This document shows positions 8,911-22,400 of a stretch of DNA of 58,429 nucleotides, one piece after another; position 1 is the stretch's first letter; every line of letters starts with the position of its first letter. The stretch lies in contig NW_024705261.1 in assembly GCF_018977255.1 (NCBI RefSeq), positions 1 through 58,429 on the forward strand, read 5' to 3'. A program made the translations under genes and the position numbers. Source of the stretch: Callorhinchus milii. Lineage: Eukaryota. The notes below the pieces were generated by a model. The model saw only the letters and a program-made list of their open reading frames with translations, was not told where the DNA came from and ran no database searches.

Positions 8911-11450
8911 CTGCCGACATCATTTCTCCCTTTACCAGTCCATGGGGGGCCCCATCGTGCTCGTGAAAAAGCACGATGAGTCCCTGAGGTTTTACGTTCA
9001 TTTTCGTCGCCTTAATAAGATCTCTGTGGCTGACGCATATCCGCTCTCCAGGATGGACGAATCTTTGGATGCTTTAGCAGGGGCACGGTATTTTTCCACA
9101 TTGGACCTGCTATCGGTATTTTGGCAACTCTCCCTTGATGACGAGTCAAAACCCAAGACCGTGTTTCGGACACCTGTGGGCCTATTTCAGTTCAATCGGT
9201 TGCCTATGGGACTCCATTCAGCTCCCGCAACGTTCCAGCGGCTAATGGAATTGGTTTTGTCCGGCCTTCAATGGGATACCTGTTTCATTTACCTGGATGA
9301 CGTCATCGTCTTCAGTAGAACGTTCGAGGAGCACCTCCAACGTTTGAGGGCGGTGTTCCTCAGGATGAGGTCCGCCAATTATAAGTTTAAGCCGCAAAAG
9401 TGCCATTTACTCCGGGAATCGGTGCGGTACTTGGGCACATCGTGGGCCGTTCGGGTATCTCCACTGATCCCGCTAAGACACATTGTGTCAGTTCTTGGCC
9501 TACGCCCACTTCGGTCAGTGAGGTCCGCAATTTTATCGGGTTTGCCTCCTATTACCGGCAATTCGTCGAACAATTTACCACCATAGCCAAACTCCTGCAC
9601 GATTTGACAGCAAAAGGGGTGAAATTTCACTGGGGGCCGGAGGAGGAGGCCGCTTTTCTCTCTCTTCGTGACGCCTTGGTGAGTGCTCCGCCCTTGTGTT
9701 ATCCTGATTTCACCGAGCCGTTTTTGCTTGACACGGATGCCAGTAACACTGGTATTGGCGGAGTACTCTCACAGGTGATTGGGGGGTGTCGAACGTGTCG
9801 CCGCTTACGGTAGCAGGGTTTTGTCGCCGGCGGAAGAGAGGTACTGCGTAACCCGTCGTGAGTTATTGGCTATTGTTTTTTTTATCCAACAGTATCGACC
9901 GTATCTCTACGGCCGACACTTCACTGTCTGTACGGACCACGTGGCACTTCAATACTCGCTTCGTGTTGACCAGCCATCGGGGCAGTTGTCCCGATGGCTG
10001 GAGGTCCTTCAGGACTACCAATTCACAACCAATTACCGTAAGGGTGTTCGCCATATGAACGAGGATGCCCTGTCATGGTTATCACCGGGCACGGAATGTG
10101 TGTGTTTTTTGGGATCAGGACATTGCAAACCCCAGACTGTCGTCCCTCCTGCAGCTCTGGCCGCCACGGCTGATGTACCACGACCCGAAATTCCCTTCTC
10201 TCCCACGAGTGGGGATTCATTGCTCAAATTAACCCTCGTTGACTGGGGCCGGCTCCAAATGGAAGACGCGTCCCTGCTCGCGCTGCGTCGCAAGGCAAAT
10301 GGTTCCGCAGAAGGCGTGGTTGGCGTCGATTCATGGATATTGAAACAGGGGCTCCTTATGAATTGGGACGGTAGGTCCCTTCGCCATAGACTCGTTGTGC
10401 CGTCTGCCGTGTGGGGTAGGGTTGTTCTTGCCGTTCATGAACGGATGTTACATTTGGGGTTTCACAAAACCTTGCCATGCTCCAGCATGATTACTATTGG
10501 CTGGGCATGGCAAGGGATGTGTCCATCATTCTCAAGGGGTGTGTGCAGTCCGCCCAACGGAAACTGCCTTCCAATGCGGCTAACCCACCGTTGCAATCCA
10601 TTCAGGTCTCGCGCATCAATGAACTTGTTGCGCTTGATATTCTGGGGCCCTTTCCGTCGACACCTAGGGGTGACAAGTACCTGCTGGTTGGCGTGGAATA
10701 TTTCACTCGATGGCCGATGGCCTGGCCACTTGCCAACCAGTCGGCAGCAGCCGTTACCAAGGCCTTTGTCCAGGGCTATGTCCTGGACACGGGAGCGGTT
10801 GCTGACCGTTCAGGGAATTTTTTTCGAGCACCTTGCTACGGGAGGTGTGCGACCTCTCAGGCACTAAACAGGTGCATACCTCCCCGTACCACCCGCAGAC
10901 TGATGGAATGGTGGAGCGGCTCCACAGGACAATTACGTCCATGTTGTGCCATCAGGTGTGTGAGGCTCAGGTGGATTGGGACTTACAAATTCCAGGTGTC
11001 CTTGCCGCCTACAGAATGGCTCCCCACGCGGAGACAGGGTTTTCCCCCTTCTTTCTTATGTTTGGCCGGGACGTTGATCCGTCCATGGATGCCCAGTTGG
11101 GGATTCCGGAACCCCGTGCTAAATCCAAATTGGCTGATCACATAAAATGTAACATTTCAAAATTGGCCGAGGCACGGGAAGCGGCGGCACAGAATTCAGA
11201 ATTCGAACGCTCGCCAGAAGGCGAACGAGCGGTTACGTGCACATCAGATACACACGCACGAGTGGAAGCCATGCAATAAGGCCTTGGTTGCACTACCCGC
11301 AGGCGCCATTGGCAACGTCCCCAAAACTGCTGAGGCCATGGCGAGGACCGGTCGAGGTTGTACAGGTTGCGCGCCCACAATGTGTTCGGATTAAGTGGGG
11401 GAAGCGTTGTTGATATGTTCACCCCTCCCGACTAAAACCTTTCACTGTAC
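8911..11450 (+). pseudogene. pol: Gypsy pol (RT, RNase H, integrase), frameshifted
   Basis: LPMGLHSAPATFQRLM...IYLDDVIVFS; FLLDTDASNTGIGGVLSQ; YCVTRRELLAIV; VALDILGPFP...VEYFTRW; TSPYHPQTDGMVERLHRT, spread over several frames. Confidence 0.9.
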
Positions 11451-12002
11451 CACATACCTTTCCTACATGTCAAAATGGCCGAGCGTATGATGTGTCCGTC
11501 GACTCGGGGAATGGGTGCCGCCGCCTGATCCTCACATGCCACTGACTGTTCCGCTTCCAGGTGCCCCGGAATTGACGGCCTCCGAACGTCAGCAGCCGGA
11601 TCCCCAGGACACGTGCGGAACCGGGGGACCCGGTTCGGGCCTTCAAGGGCTACCAGCCATGCCCTGTCCCATACGACCGGATCCACCAGGTTGCCCGTGT
11701 CAGGGCGGCCCCCTTCACTGTCTGGATGTCCCGCTTCTCCCCGCGTCGGGCGTGTCAGATCGCGGGCACGGGTCACGTGGAGGGGTAATGTCGTTTTTTT
11801 TCCTTTTTCATCAATGTTGTATGTATGTTCATGATGTTGAGTATGTTGGTGGGTTGGGTTATTTATTGGGGCGTTCGGTTCTTGTTGTCGTGTTATTGTT
11901 GTTGTTATGAGGCACACACACGGTTCTAGTTTTTGTTGTATTCTTTATTGGAAAATGTTGTTGTAGCCGGGCCGACTGCAGTGGGGAGGGGGGGGGGGGT
12001 GA

Positions 12003-12595
12003 TGTAGAGGTGTTACATAACGGGGAGAAACGGGCAGTTACACTGGGGTGTCTACATCCACGTCCGCAAATGGTTACCACACTGGGGGGCTGTGTGGGGG
12101 GAGGATGGGATCCCACACAGCCCCACCCCTCGAGGGCATGTTGGTATATAAGGCGGGGAGTGAGAGAGCTGGAGGCAGTTGTTGGGTACATATGAAGATG
12201 AAGAGCCAGTGAAGACTGAAGGCCAGCTAGCTAAACCTGGAACTACCCTGACTCGCTGTTCTTGTAAGAGCCGAGCAGGGCAAGCCAGTGGCGACCTCAG
12301 AGCAGTGAGGTCCGATGTCCTTGTAAGGGCCAGACTCGTGTGGCTGAGGGTCGGAACCTGCGCCGAAGCTGGGCCAGGTTAGCGAGCCTACTTTTGGGGA
12401 AGGTCTGGGATAGAGGGAAGTAAGGAGTTAACGGGGAGCGTTAGCTGGGGAACACTTCCTCCAATAGACCGGGTGAAGAGGCCAATACCTCTTCGAGTGT
12501 TAGAGTCGTTACTCTGCTGTACTGAATTTAATTGTAATAAATATGTGTTGCCTCCATCAACTTCTCCTGCGTCACATACGCCCGTTACACTTACA
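12003..12595 (+). repeat. 3' LTR of the truncated Gypsy element (593 bp)
   Basis: TGTAGAGGTGTTAC...GTTACACTTACA termini, TATATAA at ~12145, AATAAA at ~12536; directly follows the PPT. Confidence 0.8.
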
Positions 12596-12810
12596 TCACA
12601 CTTGCATAACTCGATACACTTCATTGTATTATCCAGATTGATACGACCCTAATTATCATAACTGCATGCATTAGCATAATCACATACATTTGCATACCTT
12701 AACAAAATGACACCTCCCTCATTAGCATGAATTGTGCATAATAACACATTTTTCCATTTTCATTTAATTTACATTATTTTTAATAATTTTTCAAGAACCG
12801 ACATACAACA
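12596..12810. repeat. AT-rich interspersed repeat ending in ACAACA, paralogous to ~42500-42718
   Basis: Shared CTAATTATCATAACTGCA..CATTA.CATAATCACA, CATTAGCAT and terminal CCGACATA(TA)CAACA. Confidence 0.55.
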
Positions 12811-13417
12811 GTTATCAACTGTCCTTAGCGCAGATAATAGAGAGTTTGGCTCTAGAAAGATTCATCGTAGTGGTGCACTTTTGATCATATCTTATCCTAC
12901 ACTTATGAATCACCTTAAGGTGCTATATGGTATAAGACGAGTACGCACAAAACGAGAAGAGTGGATGGGAGTGTAAAATGTGGTTGTGGCAAAGGCGTGG
13001 AATACGATGGAAATTAAATTAGTATATTGATGGGTAGTGGAACTGCTTGCATTAAGATCAACCCAAAATGAACCTTTCAAGGCAATGTTTATTTTAGTTT
13101 TATTTACCAGGAGACAAGCATGTGTAATAAAGGTCGTGAAAGCAACTTCTGGAATCCGGTCTTTGTCTTTCTTCACAACACTCCTTCACACTGCTGACAG
13201 ACAGCGTGAGGGGGATAGAGACACGTGCAGCCACGTGGCTGCCTGGACCCCCGCTCGCGTGGCCTTTCCCTCCATTCCAGTTCTGACCACGTGTTGTTCG
13301 TCTCTACCCCTATTTAATACCCGGGTCACGTGGTACCTTTCCACCAATCCTGGTTATCTTCTAGACTCCATCGTAGGCTCCCGGGACCACACAGACTCGT
13401 CTCCCCATTGGCTGTGG

Positions 13418-13447
13418 NNNNNNNNNNNNNNNNNNNNNNNNNNNNNN
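13418..13447. other. Gap of 30 N
   Basis: Direct reading. Confidence 0.99.
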
Positions 13448-16400
13448 TAGACCAGCGCTGCACATCAAGGTGTAAAGTTATCTCCCCACTTGGAATGTGC
13501 CATAGCGAACAATGTCGAGAAGCTTAGAATCGCCGGCCTGCATACCCCGACCTGACCGATTTTTTCGGCACCTCCTATCGGCATCACTAACCTTAGCGCC
13601 GTGCAACCGTGAGGGGCTTCACCTGTGCGTTGCGACTTGCCAATCGAAGACCGGCATTTATTCGCTCTGGTTAACTCATTTAACCAGGGATGAACTAGTT
13701 TTCATCCGCGTATCGACCGGAGATGTCTTTCAAACTCCTGCTACGAGTGTCGGGACGGCGAAGAGGACCAGGTCATATGCCGGGCTCTCGCGGCACGAAC
13801 TCTTCTGGGATGGTATTGGTAACCTCTCGTTTATTGTGCTGGGGTGGAGGATCTCCCACACGGGTTCTGGCGTGTTCCCCGTAAAATCTGTGCTATAGTC
13901 AAGCTCTGCTGTTGATTATTCTTCCGTTTGGCAATGCCCTCCCTAAAAAGATTGAAGCTCGAGTTCACCGGCCCATTAGCGGAATCCATGCTATCCATTA
14001 GTCAACGCCTAAGCAATCCGGGGTATCAGCATAGGGTGCGAGAGCAAACGACTACGAAAAGTAGACCCCTTTGTGAAAGTCCCACCGCCAATCCTTTTCT
14101 CGTAGAGTTAGCTTTAGTCGTCCTGAGGTTTTCGTATCCGACTATCGGGTCCCCGGAGGTGAGCGTCTTAGCTCGGCCGAGAATACATGAGAATGGCCGG
14201 TGATCAAAACCATTGAAAGTTGGACCTTCCATGCACAAAGTGAGAAGGGTCGGTAGAGCCGTGTGTCGATCATTCCTAGGAAGCATCCGTTGATCATGAG
14301 ACCTCTCCGGGGCAGCGAATCTCGATCCCGATGAACGAAACGTGGGACATGGGCCACACCTGCCCATACTGTGACAATTCCACAGTGCCTAGGGGAATCT
14401 CATACACTGGATGGTAATAGGACCGCATACGGATAAAGAAACAAGCCTTAGGCGAACCCCCGCAATAGAGGGTAAAGCCAGGACGATGCAGGCGACATCG
14501 ACTAACCAACGAACTCGGCAAAGCTCCTTTAAACACGATGATTATAAATGAAGGGGTGTCGTACCGGACAATATACGTCCCATAGCAGACACCACCGAGG
14601 CTTTATATCAAAGATAGTAATTAATATAACCCGAATTCGGGTCTGTGGTATCGTCCTTAATGGCGACCAAGAGCGCAGGGCCGCGGCAACCCATACTTTG
14701 TATTAACACTAGCAGGCATCCCCCTAACTCCCAAATCTGAATCGGAACAATGTTACACATGACGTGCGAATAATAGCTTGCATATACGGGACGAGCAGAG
14801 TTTGGACCAACCTGTGACAGCTGTAAGACAGGGTAGTCGTATTATGCCCGTTGTTTGCATACCCAACGCATCTTGAAGGTAATACTTACTACTTACAAGA
14901 AGTTTTTTCGAACCATCAAGCTGTCAGTTGTTGCGGCACTTGCCAATGATAGGCCCGTTAAGAGACATTGTTCTGTGCCCGTACATGCTGAGAATTAGCA
15001 GCCGCATGGTAGGGTCATGTCGGGCATCGTGTCCTACGTTAATCAGTCATTATCTAGGCCTGAGAGAGTGTAATCCTCGACATGTTGACTATTCGTATTC
15101 TCGATATATCGACCTAGGCTTGTGTGGTCGTTTCGCAACCAAAGCACCTGTGCGGCTACCATTAGAGATGGAGGGAGAGCGGTTCACCTAGCCCGCCGAT
15201 TCGGGCTGGCGTTCTTTGTGGGCTAAAAATACTTCATCAAACCTTGGCGTTAGCAGATATGATAGCTGCACGAGTTTGGATATTTTGGCACGGTCGTGGT
15301 ATCTTGAATGTTACGACTTGCACTTCACACCTTCGGGAGGCTGCAATGACAGATGGCGCGGAAAATATTAAACACGGCCTCGCAAACTCGCACGCACTGG
15401 TCGGTCAAGTTGGAAAGACACACCCGAATATCGCGAATGCATACCACTGAAACAGTCTTCCGAGCCTGCTATATAAGCGACGAGCGCAACGTGGATTCGC
15501 TTCCGGTGCCTCGAAGAGCATCGGGGTATCGTATCGGCTTCCACTGCAATTATTCTCTATCAGCCAGCCCGGTACAGCTATTCACGCTCCATTGCAAGTC
15601 AAGAATGAAGCACCCGCAAAGGTATATGGATAGTATTGATACAGTGGGTCGGGGAACTTTAACATTCGCCACCCGTATTTTAGGAAATACTCCGCCAGAC
15701 CTAGAAGGCCCCAAGCGGTCACGAAGTATGGAAGCGTGCCGACAAGTCGCCGGATATTGCTTTGGGGTCGCACATCTGGGTAGTAGAGGGGGATACTAGG
15801 AATACAGCATAGCGTGCGCGCGCTCTTAATATCGCTAGTCACAAGCGTCGATGTGCAACCAACATTATTCGGATCGCGGTACCAGTGCACAAAGAGAAAC
15901 CCTTGTGGCGCCGATTGTAAACGTAATGACGTGCTAGATTATATGTGCATAATTGCGCCACAATGACGACACGTACCCCGATCTCGCGATGATCATAAAT
16001 ATTGGGGTTGCTGGGACCATGCTAAACACAAATTCCCGCGGGCCCGCCCGCCGCGCGTGTCCCAGCTCTAAGTTAGTAGCCTCTGCACTTACGCCTCATA
16101 TTAGCTAAGTTCGCCAGGGGGATTTTGCTACTGGGCGGGGAACCACCACCCTTTACGTTGCTGTCACTCGGGCGCGTTTGCCTGATTCGCCCGGCTGCAC
16201 TAGTTCATCTTTGAGAACTTTGACTGGGGTAAGAATGTTGGCATCGCAGACTGATGGATATTTGGAGAGTTTAAAAATGATTACTTCGGTCGAAATTTCG
16301 TTCATTATATCAGATAAGGGTCTACTTCCGACCACAAGCGATGCTCGTTCGTTTAGTTTTCATAGACTAAAAGCGATAGACAGTCCTTCAAGCTGGGAAA

Positions 16401-19400
16401 GGAAGCCCAGGGGCCAAGAACGGTATAAGATGTCATAGCTCAGAATCCAAAGCTACTACCGCAACATTAGCAGTGGGCTAGATAGAAGTTTTCCATTCGG
16501 CAGGCTTATATAGGTCGTCCATACCGCACCTGGATGTCATTGTGAAGCCCATAGTAGTGTCGGAACTTAGTGGCGTCGCCCTCAAGACCGTATCATTGGA
16601 CCCCGGAAATACATTAGATTAGTTGAAGTTAGGAACAACCAAGCCAGGGTGCCAAGGCACCGCTGTTATTGTATCACAGGGATCAGCACCGTTACTACCC
16701 GAACTTCCACAGTTGCAACTTGCCTCTTGAGGGCGACGAATACACAAGGATCGGAACCTACTAAGCCCCGCTGCATGCGAGGTATTTGGCGTAAGATGCT
16801 TCTTCTTCTAAACCCTCTAGCCGCCCCTGCCTGACGATATGTGCGATAAAGTGTCAAGGCCCCCCGCCATCGAATCTAGCGCCCACCATGCTTAATCTTG
16901 CCATCCACCGTTACAGCCTGGGCGCGTAGAAAATAATCTGACAGTCGCGCGTTGACCCTTGGCAGGGTGTTAACGGCAGTACGGGCCTGCGACTAACTCT
17001 AGTTCTTAGGACATTAACTACCGATGGCAATGTATGAGGGACCGATTGGAAGATACCTTGACACACCCAAGCGTTCGGGCCATAACATACCACTATACTT
17101 TTTATCAGGGTGGCATCATGGAGGTTTCAATAGCACCGGGATTTGGAATGGTGGGTTCGGGCTGAGGTATTACTCGAAAATCATACAGCCTCTACTAGAT
17201 TCTCTCGCACGCAAGAACTCGGGAGATTGCTCAGGGTCCAAAGATTTTAGGTTCGTCGCTGGATCCTTAATCTGGCTGGCTGGAAACTTAAGCAGGCGGC
17301 TTTCACGTTTAGAACGGCGCGGCCGAGGGACTGATATGGTGACAAATTGCATAGTTGTCTCCAAATCTTGGACGCGTTATTTCACGCAGGATGAGTTGTC
17401 GAGCCTTGTGCCTTGGAGGTCTGTCACCGACAATCATCGTGACATGCTGTTTATCCTGCCCATCATTGGAGCACTCTACACATGTCTGTGCATTTACTTT
17501 GGGGCAGTAGGTAGTAGAAGCTGTCTCAGCCGCCGCCTGCCATGAAGCGTGCACACTCTGGAGAGGTGGTCACGCTTCTCTCGTGGACCTGCAAAGGAGT
17601 GGTGTTGGCTACCAGGTACTCAGTTGTTCCACCCCATAATGTCATGGGCAACGAAAAATGACAAGTACATTGATCAAGCTGGTCCACAACGTCGCAAGCC
17701 GCGGTGGCTATCGGGGGGCGTGGGACGATAAACGCACCGGTTAATCGTACTGACGACTAACGAATTAACACTGCGGGGGCTTGACATACTACGCACTCTT
17801 GCATGGCTATAGCTCATGAATGCGCAGCCGAGGAAGCTTGATGAGGGCGTACGAGCACCAATCGACGCGCTCGTCGTTCATCCGGTCAGGGAAAAGACTG
17901 TCCGGAGAAAACGGCGATGAGTACGGAGTCGCAAACTCTCGGCCAGGACCGAGAGTTAAGAAGATGAGCTAAAAAATTTAGCCCATAGTGAAGCCTTTGC
18001 GCCGGTGTACCGCAATGTCGAAAGTCGGCAGGTTCCGGAATGGACGAAATTCCTCTTCCCATCCCCATTTTTCCGGACTTTCAGGCTGATGTTAGAGTTC
18101 GCGACGACTAGCTTTAATTGGGCTATGTGAAAGGAAAAACCTGGTGGGTCGGTATTCGGTGCCTGTGCGAGCGGTCGTTCCATGGCGTACCAAGATCGAT
18201 ACGCATACCAAGGAGCGTTGGGCGGCGTGGTTTCGTACGGGTGATGGACTGTAAGGGTAAGGGTGTTTCATTCGCGGAAGAATGGTAAGGGACTAAGACG
18301 ACAATCTTTAATCATTAATGAGGGGTAGTCTAGCGACTTCCCGAGATCTCGGGAGTGAAGTGCACTCTCCGCCGAGACTACCTTCTCGTAACGTAGGCGC
18401 TCTGCATTAGTCAATTCCGGAGTGTAGCCGTTCACTGCATAAACGTGGCCGAGCAAAGTAGTAAATCAGATCGAGTTATCTTTCTCTAACGCGGGTTTCA
18501 GAAGTGGTTATGTTCGCGAACGGCTCAGTGCCGACTCGAGTGGGTTCTTCGCCGCGAGCAACTTAGTTTTCGAGATTCGTAAGGGGAGAGGCATGCTAAA
18601 TTCGCCACCACTGCACTCTTCTTTACGTGCAGTTGACTTTGGGCCTCATGGATAACCGAGTCAATTGGTCACCCTCTCTCCCAATCCCCACACCAGTCAA
18701 CAATTCTATATCATCTTTAGCCACTACACCAGCCACCATGTTCGCAGGCGCGACATCCGACCCAGTGGATCTCTCGGAGTCTACAAAGATACGAACGTCT
18801 ATCACCGTAATGGGTTTTGTCGCTAGTAGAGTCGATCCCGTTTTTTCCACGCGGGGTCGGTGTTAGTAGTAGCTTACCCTTCTCGCAACCGTTGGCTGGG
18901 GGAGGTTAGTCATGCGTTATGAGGATCCTATAAGAGAGCTTTTGCCGACAGTCTCACCGCTGACGATACTATAGTTATCCACTAGGGGGCCGAGGACAGT
19001 GTAGTGGAACGCGGTCATGTAAGTCTCGAATAACGTTAGCTCACACATTATTCCGGAGCGGTAGAGTGAGCTATTATCTAAAAAGGTCGACAGATGTTTC
19101 CTGTCCCTACTTAAATTACCTGGCGACCGGAGCTTCAGTATTTGGCAACCTAGACGATTAGTGAAAGAGGCCCGGCGCAAATCAAAGTTCCGCGAGTTTG
19201 ATAATCAGCGGGACCGTAAGCTCCATACGGTTGTGACAGGGAATGTCCACAGCTAGGCGGTTCAGGTTGTCCCCACTTTAAAGTAGGTGGCACCACCAGA
19301 GCACAACTACCATCATAACGCTAGACAATAGAGAGGGTGAGAGGTAATAGAAAGTCAACTCCAGATTAGCTAAGCACTTTCAGAGAAAAAATCGGTATTT

Positions 19401-22400
19401 AGGTGCAGGCAATTAGATGGGAAAGACCATTTCTAGAGCGAATGAGCTTGAGGGGGTGGGATTCACTGGGTGAGCGGCTTCACCTAAGTTTGCCTGCGAG
19501 GAGGTTTCAAGGATGCTGTTGGCAGTCGGTACACTACCTACTGACAGTAAGGATTGAGTCGGTCGTGTTGTGAGCTTCGAGAGTAAACAATCTTGCAATT
19601 TTCAGGGCGCGATGGAGACCAGCAGCAGGACTCCTCGGGCGGGGGGCGTTCTCATGGGAGCCGGATAGTCTGATATTACCCTGGTCTTTTACAAAATGAA
19701 CTGATTACAGCTGAGTAAGGGTAGACTTACGTTCTACTAGGTTTGAAAAAGGACAACTGATGCTCTGGTTCCTCGCTCAGCATAAAGCGAGAAGATGGAT
19801 TTTGTCAATGCGGGCTGTGAAATCCGCCCTCTACCCAGGGGTCCATAGCTAGGATCACTGTTGGATGAGCTAACTATTTGTTTAACCCACGATGTCTAAG
19901 GGCCTCTGACCGATCGGGGGGTTCGCTGTCAAAAGCGGAGTTCATGGGAGGCTCAGGCCTGTTTGAATTCATCATTATCGATGTGCTCGGAAGTAGGCGA
20001 AATGGTGGGACTCACCGGAAGCAGACGTGTATTGTTGAACCTTCTGCGAGTCGGCCTAGTGGACGCCGCCTTGACTATCTCGTTCGCAGCGATCACGGAA
20101 CGAAATGTTTTCGACTGAGCATTGTAACCCAAGGGTCACCGACAGGACTAGTGACGGACGGCATATGAAGAATTGAATTGACAGTAGTCCAGGGGCGGCA
20201 GAATTCTGACGTGCAGGTGGAGAAGATGCTTGCTCAAGATAAGATAACGTTCGGCAGGCGGAGCACGCGTCGGAGAAATGTTTGAGTATAATAGAGACGA
20301 CCCTAGTACAACTTCCGGCAATTTACTTTTCGAATACTACATGAATGAACCCTCTCCGCTGGCGCGGAATCCATATTACTCCGGCTCTAACGCTGATAAT
20401 TCGTTACCTTAGTCCTAATGCCCTGGGTTGCGATCAAGTTTCGGCCCAGAGTAACATCCCTTGGCCCTTTTTCGAGGAACAGAGGGAGGTGAACCTGTTT
20501 TAAGGGTTCATGAGCAACCGCCCTTGGTTCACAATAATGTCATAGCCATCCTAGAGATCTACTCTCGAGGAACCAACAAAGACTAAGTTGTGTGGTGCGG
20601 CAGGGAGATTCTCACAGCCCGCCGGCTGTGGGATATACAGCCAAGTGTTCGACAGTAAAAAGTCACTGAGCTATGAAGACGGCTGACAGCACTGCCTGTA
20701 GGTTCTGGGAGGTGGGGACCGTTTAACCAATGAGCGGGCTGTCAGCCCACCGTAACACAGTTTGGTAAGCAATATCATCCCCTCCCCATAGGCTGCATGT
20801 TCCATAAGCGTTTCGCGACTCAAAGGTCGCGTGCCTGAAAGAGTAGGCTGCGACCGCGACAGTACGCGACCTGGGGTGGATATACCAGGGTATCTCTTCA
20901 CTTGCTTGGCTCCTCCTTACCTAATTCCTGCGCCAGTAAACCCATACCAACGGCATAACGCACGAGAACCCACTGCTGAGGCGCCAAACAATAGCTGATT
21001 CTGTTGTATCTTGAGCCCGAACATGGTCCGGGCCGCTACTTGCGAGATTTATATGGCCTGGTGGGCACTTGTATCATAAACGTACCTCTATTTCACCGGA
21101 ATGAAGGGACAGGATAATATGTAGCGATGACAGCTTCCTCAAGTTCTACATATCTGCGCAGATAGAAGCCGAGTCCGGACGACCTCATTGGAAGGCGGTC
21201 TAACCTGGGTTACAATCAGGCATCAAGGCCGAATTACTGATTAGTCTTTAGCGAACGAACATATCCTCCGTAGTTAACGATAGAGTCTACTCAATTAAGG
21301 CGGACCTAAGGAGCGAGGATATCAGCGCTCCCTGGCCAATGTGGGGCACCACTGTGATGAATCAGCGCGTAAGTCTCGTGTAGAGCGTTTTATACCGTTC
21401 TACCAAAATTGAAGAAATTAAAGATGGGAAATTTACCAAAGGCGGGAGTAGCTGTGCGGGCGTATAGTGCTTATCACAGAGAGTGTCTTTACCGAGTGCG
21501 TAGGACCGAGTTCAAAGTACTTCTCAAAACCGAACTATGACCGTGAGTGAGGATTGAATCAGCACCATAAGCACCACACATGAGTTGGTTTTATAGCAAT
21601 CCGATCGCTACTGCGGACCTGCTTGCTCAAACTAGGGCCGCTCACTTTCACTACAGCTGAAGCCACCGGCCGGTGAATCCTACAAGCTAGAAGATCTCGG
21701 TTAGGCCAGGCTAGTATATGAGGCCGAGGCTAGCACGTGCTGTCCATGATCGGCTCCAAATTATTATTAAGTGTGGCGTTTATAGGAACGATATATTCGG
21801 CTGAGAGTAGATATCTTAGAGGTAAACGCCGCGCTGGCTAAGTTCTACGTTATTATAGTGCACTCTGTATAGTACGTGCCCCATTTACGCACGCTCCCAA
21901 CGGGCTCCTAGTAAAGACCAACCATTCCCGCGTAGGCTCATAAAATGGATGGTCTGTTTATATTAGAGGTATTGACAACTACGTTGAGGCTAATGTTGGC
22001 ACACGCCGAGGTATGAACGATCTGGACTTGTGAGCTGATCTCCCGGGACAGGCCCGTATCACAGAAATTATTCATTCACTAGAGCTTTTGGCTTGGCATC
22101 TACACACTATTTCACCTCTACTGATCCACAGAAACCCTCAAGCACAAATGAAGATGTCAATCATGTCTTTAATGAGCAATTAGACCCACTTGTGTGGTGG
22201 CGGTTACTAGTCATTAACCCATTTTCACAGGGGAGCGTACCTAGTCACATTCCGTGAGTAAAACCAGAATAATCGGGGCCCGATCGTGGTAGACGCTGGA
22301 GACATAGCACTAGCTGAGATCCTACAATTCTTGACGACACGGATTCTATGGCGTTGTCAAGCGTGCATGTAGGACGGGCGCCTAGTTGGATTCCTGGCCT

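Larger units (their letters stand above)
8911..12595 (+). mobile_element. Ty3/Gypsy LTR retrotransposon, 5'-truncated (starts within RT), with 3' LTR
   Basis: RT-RNaseH-integrase domain order; G-rich PPT at ~11983-11999; LTR 12003-12595; colinear with the element at 47516-54262. Confidence 0.92.

Noticed and set aside
17781-17813. TTGACA as a bacterial sigma70 -35 box
   Set aside because: No -10 box at 16-18 bp spacing; a given hexamer is expected several times by chance in 27 kb.
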